32,000 bases of DNA from Amoeboradix gromovi X-113. Its lineage: Eukaryota > Fungi > Sanchytriomycota. The notes under the pieces are model-generated. The model did not search any database, was not told where the DNA came from, and was given only the letters and a program-made list of their open reading frames with translations. How positions within the stretch are numbered: position 1 is the first letter of the stretch; the number at the start of each line of letters is the position of its first letter. Location of the stretch: positions 7,103 through 39,102 of the forward strand of contig JADGIF010000019.1 of assembly GCA_018985225.1 (NCBI GenBank), in the 5' to 3' direction. This document shows positions 1 through 10,930 of the stretch, in pieces. The translations under genes were made by a program, and so were the position numbers.

Positions 1-11
1 TTGTTACAGAA

Positions 12-41
12 AGTTAGTTCAGTTTTTATATTTGATGTCCC
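12..41 (-). repeat. Terminal inverted repeat of a GGG...CCC TIR-family element whose body lies left of the window
   Basis: The reverse complement reads GGGACATCAAATATAAAAACTGAACTAACT, matching the TIRs at 9826, 18003 and 31512. The outer flank is AAGT. Confidence 0.85.
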
Positions 42-175
42 AAGTGTTTAAAAAAACGGACCTCCTAAGATTAAAAGAAACTCATTTTATCAATATTAAT
101 ATTACCTAATTAGATTTGGTGTACCTTTTAAAGTGGGTATCCCAAGAGTACCAAAATTAGTTTATAGCGTGAACA

Positions 176-1534
176 TTATTTATTCTCTTTTTCGCTATTC
201 ATTAATGCTAGTACCTGCTCTACACCAAACTTGTTGTTTATGGTTCCTTTATAGGCATCTTCGATTTCCTGCTCTCTTTGTTTCTTTAACTTTGAAAGAT
301 CACCATCGGGTAACACAACAAAACCTTTATCTTCTTTAGACATGGAGTAGCTTGGAACTCTATCATCGTCAATCTCAGCCATCCTACGATCTATCACAGA
401 CTGTTCATTAAATGCATAGCTTTCACTTCTAGGTCTTTGTTGTCTGTGTAGCGGCACCGATGGTGCAGAACTAGATACATTGAGGCTTGATAGATCACAT
501 CCATCATCCAAAGATAAATCTGCAGTATCTGGAGTATACGCTGAAGGTTTTGCCATATTTTGATGTTGCTGCAAACTTTCCTCTTCGAAAAGATTCAAAG
601 CACGATTACTCATTACTTCGGATCTGCTGTTAAATGAAGGGCTGTCTACGCCACCTGTGTGATCGTCGGTTTTTTCAGGAACTACCCCATCTTCAATTAT
701 GTTGCGCATTAACTCTGTCAAAGAAGGATGATCATTTAATTCATGTTCTCCAAGAGTACTAGGAATCTCAAAGCTGGCATTTTTAATGAAGTCCTGGACT
801 ACATTTTCAAGGTTAGACTCCGCTATAAAGGACTCTGAAGTGTGAAAGAGTGTCAATAAATGACGTAATCGATCAGGATTGACTTCAGCTAATTGAGCAA
901 CTGGTTGTGGTTTCGACAGTATCTTTTTCCAGTCGGGATTATGTAGTCCATCAAACAATAAATCTTCTAGATTTATGTCCTTATCCAAATGTGTTTTTAT
1001 AACCTGTGGTGCAGTCCCAATTTGTGCCATTAGAAAATTCCTAATTCTTGTGGTGCTTTCGCTAGATATTGACGGCTCTTTTTCATCTTCTTGAGTCATG
1101 AGCTGTAAAATCAAATCATCCCTTTGCGAAACTAATAATTTCAACCTTTCTCGAAACAGTATATCAATCATTAGTGCGTTGCGTTTAACAACAGATAATT
1201 GCTCTTCCGGATATTTTAGTAAAATTTGTTTTCTGATTCTGCGGGGGCCTACCAATCCATCAACATTTTCAGTCTTTTTAAATTTGACGGTTTTCTGATT
1301 GTCTGAGAAAGTTTCTTTTAAGTATTCATATCTTATTTGCTTTAGTTCCTCTTGATATCTTATATGAGGTTTGACACTCTTTAGACGACTCTCAGAAATT
1401 TTAGGCGGTTCAGGCAACTTCTTTTCTACACTCCCGGTTTGCTTTCTATAAGGACCAATCTGTGGAAAAGATTCTGCGAAGCCTTTCACACCTGGAATAT
1501 ATTGTGTTTTAGCAAGACACCTGGAAGACAACAT
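176..1534 (-). CDS. PET123: Mitochondrial small-subunit ribosomal protein mS26 (Pet123-like)
   Basis: First ATG at 1534 gives MLSSRCLAK, a presequence-like start; the track start at 1558 is a TTG. Motifs GVKGFAE, ELKQIRYEYLKE, LRHLLTLFHTSESFIAESNL and C-terminal IEDAYKGTINNK resemble fungal mS26. Confidence 0.7.
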   Translation of the reverse strand: MLSSRCLAKTQYIPGVKGFAESFPQIGPYRKQTGSVEKKLPEPPKISESRLKSVKPHIRYQEELKQIRYEYLKETFSDNQKTVKFKKTENVDGLVGPRRIRKQILLKYPEEQLSVVKRNALMIDILFRERLKLLVSQRDDLILQLMTQEDEKEPSISSESTTRIRNFLMAQIGTAPQVIKTHLDKDINLEDLLFDGLHNPDWKKILSKPQPVAQLAEVNPDRLRHLLTLFHTSESFIAESNLENVVQDFIKNASFEIPSTLGEHELNDHPSLTELMRNIIEDGVVPEKTDDHTGGVDSPSFNSRSEVMSNRALNLFEEESLQQHQNMAKPSAYTPDTADLSLDDGCDLSSLNVSSSAPSVPLHRQQRPRSESYAFNEQSVIDRRMAEIDDDRVPSYSMSKEDKGFVVLPDGDLSKLKKQREQEIEDAYKGTINNKFGVEQVLALMNSEKENK

Positions 1535-1628
1535 GTCACAAATGGAGAAACACAACAATTTTGTATGCCTAAAATTGATGTCTCCAGATGATAGTTAATT
1601 TCGTACAAAATAATTTGATCTGAAAATT

Positions 1629-2564
1629 ATGGCCTACTTCAAACACATGGGTTTAGGATATTCAAAATCTAAAAACACTGAAAATGAAATCCAAAAGACT
1701 GATATATTTAAAGAGAAAACAGAAGATAGCGATATGTATTATGGTCCTATAGTTTACACTCCAAGCATGGATGAGCGACGCAATCCGAAGCTATTTGAAG
1801 TGCTGGCGGAAGAATCCATAAATTATAAAATGGGATCAAAACATGTTGACGATAAAATGTTTGAATTGATAGAGACTCATTCTTCAAAGGGAAGGGAGCA
1901 AACAAACTACTGTTCTGCTATAATAGATTTACTTTTGGACATCAATTTATCCTCTGATTTAAAAGTTCAAAAAGTTGGAGATAAATTTTTGTTAAGTGGG
2001 ATTTACACCTGCACTTTACCAGAAATGAGCCTAAATCTATATATAAACGAAGACCCTGGCAGAAAAAAATCCATTAAACCTGTAAAAAGCGTTGTCCTCC
2101 ATAGTCTAAACGGCAAATGTAAATTCGAAGACTTGGAAGTGAGCATCTTACAATTTGATGAAAAACTTGAAGTTTTTTTGTTCATAGAAGGAATATGTGA
2201 TGCGATCAATCCTAAGTCCTCATTTACATCTAGTACACAAATTTCAGCAATGCTGCTGAATATAGACAAAGGAAGTTGTGCTACACTTTATCAAAAGATA
2301 TACATGGGTGACTTGGATCTATACATAAACGACATATACGGGGTTGAGAACTATGTTGAAGGCGAAAATGATGACTGCGTTATATGCATGGCAGCACCTA
2401 ATAATTCGATCGTTCTACCTTGCAAACATTTATGTACTTGTACAGATTGTGGAAGCTTACTTGCTACGCAGAAGCAAAAGTGCCCAATTTGTAGAGAAAC
2501 AATTTATAGTATTATTTCTATAAGGAATGGGATATTTTCTGCGGATTATAGACCTGTAACTTAA
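1629..2564 (+). CDS. RING-HC (C3HC4_3) E3 ubiquitin ligase, MGRN1/RNF157/LOG2-like
   Basis: C-terminal CVICM...VLPCKHLCTCTDC...KCPICR, preceded by the family-typical QKIY...INDIYGVE. Confidence 0.85.
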   Translation: MAYFKHMGLGYSKSKNTENEIQKTDIFKEKTEDSDMYYGPIVYTPSMDERRNPKLFEVLAEESINYKMGSKHVDDKMFELIETHSSKGREQTNYCSAIIDLLLDINLSSDLKVQKVGDKFLLSGIYTCTLPEMSLNLYINEDPGRKKSIKPVKSVVLHSLNGKCKFEDLEVSILQFDEKLEVFLFIEGICDAINPKSSFTSSTQISAMLLNIDKGSCATLYQKIYMGDLDLYINDIYGVENYVEGENDDCVICMAAPNNSIVLPCKHLCTCTDCGSLLATQKQKCPICRETIYSIISIRNGIFSADYRPVT

Positions 2565-3575
2565 TAAATACATTTTGCGGGAATAGAAACTGCCTTCGAT
2601 TGAATAGATTGTTTGTCGTACTATATTTCAGTAGTAGATCATGCTAAAAGAGTTTTTGTCGTCTATAACAAACGTCTCGAAACCATAGCTACCGTATTTT
2701 GAATCCTTGTACTTTGCCGTACGTTATAAAAGTCTTCTGCATTCAGAAAATAAAACTTCTAAAAACGAGGTTATAGCTTAAGGAAGTGAAATACAATGGT
2801 GGAGTTACCGTAGGCATTTAATATTCAAGCGTGTATAGGTATGCAACTCTGAAGAGCAACAATTTTGAGATACAGAAATGTAAGAAGATTTATCTGGAAG
2901 TAGATTGAGAGAATATCGCAGCAAAGAACATGGGACCTACTTTCTGAAAATTTCCGCAATTCTAAGTCATAGAACCTCCTGGAAAGATGTGAGTCCCATA
3001 ATAAGCCATTAAACCTATTCTCAATATGAAAATGCACTGGCAGTATCTCTTTCAAAAGAGCTTGGCTAATTAGCACTTGAGCGTATGCTACAACATTTCA
3101 ACCGATAACTGTTTTCATATTCTGTAATGATGTTTGTAATGTCATCTTATTCACACACAATGCAGTATCTGCATGTCTTTCTTTCGCATTTGATGACATG
3201 AAGTGGCCGAATCCTTAGCGTGCTTTCTATGATTTCCTCCTACTAATGAATGAGGGCATTTTGTCAGATATGGATGAAAGTTAAGCAGCTCCATTCAATC
3301 ATGCTTCAGAGCAGTGAAAGCTTGTGCAACTGCTGCAACATATTTAATAGCATTTCTGTTTACTTCGTAAAAAATTTGGATTTTCTATCGAATCAAGACT
3401 TCAATATGAAAAGAGGTTAGAGAAACTTTTAAAATAAGCGTTTAGAATCGCCAGGTACAATTAAGGACAGGGTTTACAGCTTTTGCAAATCTTAATGTCT
3501 ATCTTAACTGAATGTTAGCGCTATAAGGGAAAGCCATATCGAAATGGATTTAATATCTAGAAACTTTAAAGGCCT

Positions 3576-4088
3576 ATGGCTCTCTCAACTTTGCAGATAA
3601 GCAATTCTGAATTATGCCTTGTTTCCAAACATGGATATGTCTATGATGTTGGCATCTACTTAGATTGCCCAGTTCTAGGAAACGTTTTAAAGAAATACAT
3701 GGGTAAAGACATATCCCATATATTTCAAAAAGATGGCAATATTAAAAAACATTATGATAAATATACTGGAGAGTTATGTGAAATGATTGAAGGCATGAGT
3801 TTAGATTTAGTTGGGGTTGAAAAATGGTGGCGAAAAATTGCACCAGTAGACAAGCTTTCAGCTAATGAGTTTTATTTAAAGCTCTTCAACACATTGACAG
3901 GGCAATCAGAGATTAAACTGGTATGCATCGAGGACACCCTGGGCTTTATTTTAAAAGATTATGATTTGACAAAACTCTCTGTTAAATACGGCAACAAACA
4001 CATGGACTTGGGCGCTACTTTGGAATCCAATGGAGTTATTTCTCAATTTAGCTTACCAACTATATATATGGTATTTGTACCTGAATAA
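3576..4088 (+). CDS. CYB5D1: Cytochrome b5 domain-containing protein 1-like (ciliary/flagellar)
   Basis: VYDV...GKDISHIF b5-like N-terminus, a WW motif, LFNTLTGQSE...EDTL..IL, and TLESNGV...PTIYMVF. Confidence 0.75.
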   Translation: MALSTLQISNSELCLVSKHGYVYDVGIYLDCPVLGNVLKKYMGKDISHIFQKDGNIKKHYDKYTGELCEMIEGMSLDLVGVEKWWRKIAPVDKLSANEFYLKLFNTLTGQSEIKLVCIEDTLGFILKDYDLTKLSVKYGNKHMDLGATLESNGVISQFSLPTIYMVFVPE

Positions 4089-4132
4089 ATCAAAGTTTTC
4101 TAAAGAATTCCTTCAAACATTTCCAGATTGTA

Positions 4133-5336
4133 ATGGAACAAATCTTGGATGACCTTTCTGCTAGGTTTATAATTAATCTTCCAGAATCAGAAATAGCGAA
4201 AGTGGAACGTCTTTGCTTTCAACTGGAACAAGCTCATTGGTTTTATGAAGACTTTATTAGGGAAAACCAAAATGGTTTACCAAAGTTTACGCTTAAGGAG
4301 TTTGTATCTTTGTTTTTCGAGCACCTTCCGTTTCTTCATAATTGGGCAGAACAGCACGAACGTGCTTTTAAAGAGTTTATAAAGTATAAACTAAGAGTTC
4401 CTGTCTGTGGTGGCATCATTCTTAATTCTACCTTAGACAAAGTATTACTAGTACGTGGATGGAAAGGTCAAACTTGGTCTTTTCCACGTGGTAAAATAAA
4501 CTCAGAAGAACTTCCGGTTGACTGTGCCGTTCGTGAAGTAGATGAAGAAACTGGTCTAAATATCACGCCTTACTTAATCCAGACCAACAAATCTGAAGCT
4601 AAATACGTAGAAGTTAGAGTTCAACACCAAGCTATTAGGCTATACTATGCAGCTAATGTTCCCGAAGATTTTCCATTTGAGACGAGAACCAGAAAAGAAA
4701 TCTCTGTACTTTATCCTAATGTAGAAAATTGAATGGCGATCGCTAGACTCAATACCTGGGTATTCATCCGATCATCGCAAACATCCAGATAGAAACAGGT
4801 ACTTTAATGTAGTTCCTTTTATGAGCAAAGTTAGAAAGTTTATAAACAAACTAAAAAAGTCAGCCAATATTGCTACACAAGATTCATCTGCAACCATAGA
4901 AATAGAAGAGCAAGAACAGGAAAGGTTTGAGGAAGATGCGGCTGCTACAATTTTGTCACTGCTAAGACATGTTAAAGAGGAAGATGTGCTAAAACCATAC
5001 TATGATCACTCTGATTTTATATCTGCATCTCCTAGTAAGCAAATGGAGCACCCTGTGCTTAAAAAGGATATCCCTATTGAGCATAGAAATAGTTTAATGG
5101 ATATACTGAAAGGTAGTAATTCAGCTGCTGCTACTAAAGAGCAGGATGAGCTTCAAGAAATAAAAATTCAAACCAGCTTTAAAAGAAAGGCTGATGTTGT
5201 GGATTTGCTTCGCATATTAAAACATTCGCCAGTTCCTGATTCTGATGATGAGGTTGAAATGGGCACTAAGCCGTCATCGTTTAAGTTTGATCTCAAGGTA
5301 ATTAATGACATACTTTCGTCGGAAGAATTAGAATAA
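4133..5336 (+). CDS. DCP2: mRNA decapping enzyme Dcp2; exons 4133-4705 and 4725-5336, 394 aa
   Basis: Box A (LDDLSARFIINLP...RLCFQLEQAHWFYEDF) and Nudix box (FPRGKIN...CAVREVDEETG). Removing 4706-4724 restores RKEIS-KIEW and joins the 4821 ORF in frame. Confidence 0.95.
4706..4724 (+). other. 19-nt spliceosomal intron (phase 0) in DCP2
   Basis: GTACTTTATCCTAATGTAG: GT-AG ends with a CTAAT branch site abutting GTAG. Removal restores conserved protein sequence and frame. Confidence 0.9.
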
Positions 5337-5367
5337 TAAACATGTTTTTCGATTAATTCTCCTTGAA

Positions 5368-8300
5368 ATGCTCTTGTCCAATTCCAATTCCAAATTTTAT
5401 AAAATGAGAATGGATAATGTACAATTGACGTTCAGATATAAAGACGAAGTAAGCAAATACTTGGTTGACAACATCAATCATTTAAATGGACTGGCATTTG
5501 CATTCAACCATTCCCCATACTCCTTTATTCGTTCTATCAGCGGTAGGCTATGTTGGTCCTACTTACAGCGGAACAAAAACATCCCCACTATTTTAAGCAT
5601 GAGCAAGAATGACTTGCTGTCCATTGATCTCCCCTATGTGATATATCAAGCATTATTGACCAATAATTCTAATGTTCTCTCTTTCATACAGTCCACTTTC
5701 GACGGCGATACTTTTTCGCTAGGAGGCCCAAAATTGTGTAGGTGGTTGTTATCTAATATCAGCACCAGTCCATCGCTGTTATACAATTGTTTAACTGAAT
5801 TAAACACATCAGTTGATAATGAATTCATTGGTCTTGTAGTTTTTATCAAAGTAGAATACGATCCATTTGATGTGGTGGTGATTCTTTGTCATGTCATACC
5901 CCAGTTATCTCTCATCAAGGAATTGCATTTGTTCATTTTTAATACAATTTTGCAACTTATTCCATTACGCCCTTCAAATATAGGCAATCTTATCGAGCTA
6001 TACCTGAGGCAAAATTTAATAAATGATGCTAGCTTATTTAAACTATCTGCTTACTGCCATCATTTCAAATTATCCGTTACTTTGCCTGCGAGTTCTGCTA
6101 ATCCTTTTGAACGCTTCAGCGATAAAATAGTTAATCTGTACATACTACATTTGGTATACGTTGATGAAATACCTATTCCTAATGATAAAATACCTGTTAT
6201 TATAACATTTATCATGAGTCTTGATGCCTGGCCTAGTTTTTATAAATATATTTTATGTAAAATGCAGTACAATAATGACATATTGACTGATATTCCTACA
6301 AGCGTACCTACTCTATCAAATTACCACAGCACAATATTAAACAATTGCATAAACTGGCTTGTTAATAATGATGATCCGTTAAGGCATGGCTATTTGATTC
6401 AAGAAACGGTAATTATAATGTCGCAGTACCATCCTATAAATGACGACTTACTGAGGCCTTACTTGAACACAAACTACATCAGCCACAAGCCTCAATTAAG
6501 CAATAATAATGAATCGCTCATTAATAGGGTTACTGGAGATCTAGACTTCTATTACAAAAAATTACTATTGCTGTATGCTCAATGGATAGATGTTTTACCT
6601 AGTCCGTTCTATGATCTTCTACAGGACTGTTTGGTATTCTATTACTGTAGCACCCCATTGGGTGATATTTCACCCTCAATTGCTTCGCTGCTTGGCAAAA
6701 TACCTAGGAAAGTGCTAGAATCATCGTATTTTAGATGCAAGTATACTTTATCCAAGTTGTTTATGGATAACATAAAGTATGGCATACACTCCGCAAATTG
6801 TTCATTTTACTCGTATTTTAGTGATCTGTTGTTTTACTTGGATATTTTTAAGGAATCTAACATATATGAAGCCATAATGATTCATGAGCAACTGTATTAC
6901 AATAGCGCATTGCGCTGCAATATGCCATGGCTGATGAACACGGTAAATATAGATTTAATTGATTTCAAAAGTGGCCTGTTAAACAATAGTAATATTCTAA
7001 GTAATTGGGAGACCATACACGATTCTCAGAATGGCTATAATCACTGTATTGATGATTTGATGTTGATAACTTCAGGAATAAATTATCCACTGCAAGTTGA
7101 TGTACTAAAACAGCTACAGGTACCTACTGACATCATTCAATACGACAAATATGCTAGCTCCTGTATCAAGGCATGCAGACTGCAGAATGTCCCATTATTT
7201 ATCCACAATATTCCAAACTCATTTAACAGTCAATTAGAATATGCAAAGTATAACAGAGCAAACAATAACATAGTAGCAGCATTTCATGCACTAAACAGCA
7301 TAAAATCAGATAACCATGCACCTTCTACAGAATCCTTGTCTTTGCAACTGGAAGAGCTGAAAATTAAAATCAAATTCAAGTTGGACAGTTCTACTAATAT
7401 TCTAGCACAATACCAGAATTTAGCAACCTGTTATTCAAATGCTAAAATATACAAGAAATTGGGTGATTACTGCAATGAATTATACTCTCAAAAACCCCAG
7501 AATTCGTTGGGGTTGAACATTGTCTCGCATTATTCTAATTACTTGAAATCGCAACACGATGTTGAACTAACTATGATTCCTCGTATAATCACATTGTTCC
7601 AGCGTATAGATGTCAGCACTCTTGTAATACATGAATTCTTATCAATCTGTGAATCAAACAAATATTCCAACTGCATTCCGCATGTTAGTTTAATTACGTC
7701 TTTTCTCGCTACTAGCGATCACACATTCATGATATTGATAACAGGACTAATAAACGGGTTATTGAAGCACTATCACAAAAGAGTAGGATGGCATATGATC
7801 AGCAGTTTAAATAGTAAAAACCCTGAGAAGAAGCAAAAGATGCACAGGATATTAAACATATATTGCAAGCAATACAAGGTAGGTGACTGGATGAATACTT
7901 TAATAAAAACTAGCCAATACCTAATTAGACTGAGTGAAATGCAATTTGAAAAACATGTCACTGAAGTATTGCTTAGCAAAGAGTACAAGAAGTTGCAAAG
8001 ATTAATTGACATTGATGTATATGTACCATTTGCTAATGTGTTAAATTTAGACAAAGAAAATGCAACAATAAACAAATTCGGAGACCATGTTACGCTGTTG
8101 AACAGTCTGGTGAGACCGAAGAAAATGAAAATACACGCGAGCGACGGAATTGTTTATGACTTCCTGTTAAAGAAAGATGAGGACCTGAGAAAAGATGAAA
8201 GGTACTTGGAGGTTGCAGCATTTGTAAATAGGCGATTCAACAAGAACAAACAAACCAAACAACGTAGATTACATTTAAGGACATACAACGTAACAGTATT

Positions 8301-9063
8301 AAACGAACTGAATGGCCTAATAGAATGGATGAACAACACAGAGACGTTACGGAAAATTATAACGAGTATCCTAAAAATCATGAGTATCAAGGTTAGCATG
8401 AACAAGATTAGACTACGGTTGGAGTCGCAAGACAGAGAAGCAGAATTTAATAAAATATTGAAAGAAATACCACCAGTACTTCATTTATATTTCTGTAATT
8501 TGTACCCAAATCCGAGTTTGTACTTTGAGAACAGAATGGGTTTTATTAGAACCACGGCGGCAATGAGTATGGTTGGATATGCATTGGGACTGGGAGATAG
8601 ACACTGCGAAAATATATTGATAGATGTTGTAAATGGTGACCTGGTGCATGTGGATTTTAATTGCTTGTTTGAAAAAGGAAAGAGACTCTCAATACCAGAA
8701 GTGGTTCCTTTTAGGTTAACGCAAAACATAATTAGGGTATTTGGAGCAACAGGGTATGAAGGGCCATATAGGAAAGCCTGTGAGTTGACTCTTGAGTTGC
8801 TCAGGAAGCAATACTATTATCTGGATAACATACTGGATAGCTTTTTAAATGATCCTTTGCTAGAATGGCAGAATAGAAGAGAAAATGAATCACCGACAGA
8901 GTTGGCTCAAAAGAAGTTGGACTTGTGTAAAAATAGAGTGTTTGGGCAGGGACAGCACGGAATACCATTAAGCGTAGAGGGCACAGTACATTGTGCGATA
9001 ATGGAAGCAACATCATCAAAAAACTTGAGTCAGATGTATTTGGGATGGATGCCTTATTTATAG
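5368..9063 (+). CDS. ATR: ATR/Mec1/Rad3 PI3K-like checkpoint kinase, shortened (1231 aa)
   Basis: KDEDLRKDER, GLGDRHCENILID, VHVDFNCLFEKG, PEVVPFRLTQN, and FATC NLSQMYLGWMPYL. Confidence 0.92.
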   Translation: MLLSNSNSKFYKMRMDNVQLTFRYKDEVSKYLVDNINHLNGLAFAFNHSPYSFIRSISGRLCWSYLQRNKNIPTILSMSKNDLLSIDLPYVIYQALLTNNSNVLSFIQSTFDGDTFSLGGPKLCRWLLSNISTSPSLLYNCLTELNTSVDNEFIGLVVFIKVEYDPFDVVVILCHVIPQLSLIKELHLFIFNTILQLIPLRPSNIGNLIELYLRQNLINDASLFKLSAYCHHFKLSVTLPASSANPFERFSDKIVNLYILHLVYVDEIPIPNDKIPVIITFIMSLDAWPSFYKYILCKMQYNNDILTDIPTSVPTLSNYHSTILNNCINWLVNNDDPLRHGYLIQETVIIMSQYHPINDDLLRPYLNTNYISHKPQLSNNNESLINRVTGDLDFYYKKLLLLYAQWIDVLPSPFYDLLQDCLVFYYCSTPLGDISPSIASLLGKIPRKVLESSYFRCKYTLSKLFMDNIKYGIHSANCSFYSYFSDLLFYLDIFKESNIYEAIMIHEQLYYNSALRCNMPWLMNTVNIDLIDFKSGLLNNSNILSNWETIHDSQNGYNHCIDDLMLITSGINYPLQVDVLKQLQVPTDIIQYDKYASSCIKACRLQNVPLFIHNIPNSFNSQLEYAKYNRANNNIVAAFHALNSIKSDNHAPSTESLSLQLEELKIKIKFKLDSSTNILAQYQNLATCYSNAKIYKKLGDYCNELYSQKPQNSLGLNIVSHYSNYLKSQHDVELTMIPRIITLFQRIDVSTLVIHEFLSICESNKYSNCIPHVSLITSFLATSDHTFMILITGLINGLLKHYHKRVGWHMISSLNSKNPEKKQKMHRILNIYCKQYKVGDWMNTLIKTSQYLIRLSEMQFEKHVTEVLLSKEYKKLQRLIDIDVYVPFANVLNLDKENATINKFGDHVTLLNSLVRPKKMKIHASDGIVYDFLLKKDEDLRKDERYLEVAAFVNRRFNKNKQTKQRRLHLRTYNVTVLNELNGLIEWMNNTETLRKIITSILKIMSIKVSMNKIRLRLESQDREAEFNKILKEIPPVLHLYFCNLYPNPSLYFENRMGFIRTTAAMSMVGYALGLGDRHCENILIDVVNGDLVHVDFNCLFEKGKRLSIPEVVPFRLTQNIIRVFGATGYEGPYRKACELTLELLRKQYYYLDNILDSFLNDPLLEWQNRRENESPTELAQKKLDLCKNRVFGQGQHGIPLSVEGTVHCAIMEATSSKNLSQMYLGWMPYL

Positions 9064-9639
9064 TGAACATCACCGTAGTTTGGGAATTAAATCGAACAAA
9101 TCATTTATTGCGAGTGCATGAAATCTATTGCACTAGAAGTTATATCTACAGTTTTCTTATTGAATAAAACATGATACTCAGAAACTGGAATAAAACGAAA
9201 TCCTGTGGAAGAAAAAGGAAAGACTTTGGCAGAACTTAACGAAGAAATTACTAGTCAATCTTCGAAAAGTATTTAGCTCTGAGCAAAATCAATCTGGAGA
9301 TATACAGGTACAAATTGCTATCTCAAGAAGATAGAAAACACATGGTAGGGAACATACAGCGATATACATCAATGTCAGATATCGCCTTATAGTAGTAAAA
9401 GCGTGAGCAACCTCTTTAAGGCAGCGAATGGCTTTACCTGTCTTGTTACAAATCTTTGATTTCAGGAAACAGCTCGATTGTTTTCTTGAATAAATCATTT
9501 ATCGCGAATTTGTATAATTTCGAGACTTTTTCAGATTTTTCAATGGCTTAAATATTCGACATTCTTTATCTTTGCAAATGGCAAATGGAATAAATAGATG
9601 TAATTCTGAATATGTCAAATCTAAAGAAATAACTAGCAG

Positions 9640-9825
9640 GTACAGCATACAAAGACATATGATCTTATATACTTGCCATCGTTCAATACCAGCCAAATGA
9701 TAAGTAGCTTGTCGAGCAAGATCGCAAGAAACATGGTAACAATGTCCCATTACATATTCAAGCAACGCTTGAAGTTCAAATGTAAACAAAGAGGAAGGAC
9801 GATGGTTGAGTGCAATGAAGCATTT
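9640..9825 (+). pseudogene. Fanzor2/TnpB-like RuvC nuclease relic, 5' part (5'-truncated, interrupted by the transposon)
   Basis: Reads TKTYDLIYLPSFNTSQMISSLSSKIARNMVTMSHYIFKQRLKFKCKQRGRTMVECNEAF, the Fanzor2-type LP.F.TSQM / SHY.F.QRL / NEAF segment. It stops exactly at the TIR. Confidence 0.85.
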
Positions 9826-10353
9826 GGGACATCAAATATAAAAACTAGACTAAGTCGAAAACTTCAGAAATTGGAAAAATAGGATTTACGAAATCTCTAA
9901 TAAATCATCTTTCTATAGATTAAAACATTTCAGTTTGAAATTAATATTGCAAATCAATATAGAAATTAGACTAACTTTTCTATCCAATCAAGTCACTTGA
10001 TTTTTAAAATAATTTACCAAATTTATTTATTTTTCAATTTTGGATTTTTTATAAGTCCTTTGACTAATTTCCAATTCTGATTCTGTGTTTTCATATGGTC
10101 TTGTCTTTGAACTATATTAGTTAAAAAAAGTACATTGTTTGTGTAATAGTTTCTTCTTCTTCTAATCAATTCAATAAATTATCAATACGTTCAAAAGTAG
10201 AATCAATTGCCTCTACCAATAATTGCCAAGGATAAACATTATTTTTACCAAGTTTTATTAAATTCTGATAGTAATTTGGTCTTATCGTATAAAGTAACAT
10301 GGGGGTTTTGGGGTTTTAAATCAATAGTAACTTCTGTAATTAAATCATCATTA

Positions 10354-10790
10354 CTAATACTCAACAGAGAATTTTTCAACAAGTAATCTATTTGACTTCT
10401 TAGCTCTCACTTCAGTTACTGTCTCTTCACTCTCGTCATACCAATCAAAGTTCACAATCGTGTAGTCGGCTCCCAATTGTCTCATCTCCTCCAGCTTTGA
10501 TTTTTAGTTGACTCATTGATTAGATGCTTCCTTATACATCACACCAACAATCTTTTGCACAGTGATTGCAGTTGTCTCAACATCTTTCATTTCATTTTGA
10601 GTCATTGACTAATTGAATATCCACGTTTCTTACTCTTACTAATCACTGTAGTCTTCCTGTCATTTGGTTTGCAACATGCTGTAGCCATAAGTACGGATGC
10701 TGCACTTCAGTTATAACAAATGGTCCTTCAGCTAAACAATTTCTAGGAACATTCTTGGTCCTGTACTCCACCACTAAATGAGGATTCTGA
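10354..10790 (-). pseudogene. Degenerate Ty3/Gypsy-like integrase C-terminus (GPF motif plus chromodomain-like segment)
   Basis: VVEYRTK...EGPFVITEV, followed in another frame by VQKIVG...IVNFDWYDESEET...LLVEKF, with stops. Confidence 0.45.
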
Positions 10791-10930
10791 GGGGAAACTG
10801 AAACCAGGCTGGCAAAGTCAATTTGGGCTTCAACGGTCTTCAAGTGCTTTAAATAGTACACCGAAGAGAGGCCAGTTGAGTTTTCCATCGGGGTTGCAGG
10901 GCACCCGAAAAACATCGTAAAATTTTTTTT

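Noticed and set aside
4700-4732. DCP2 and EFL1 breaks as programmed frameshifts, pseudogenes or separate genes
   Set aside because: Both are resolved exactly by GT-AG introns with branch motifs that restore conserved residues.
5646-9073. Short antisense or overlapping ORFs in the track (within ATR, and likewise PET123, EFL1, SCYL1, TBCD and the cargo genes)
   Set aside because: They are shadows of well-supported genes and carry no recognisable motifs.
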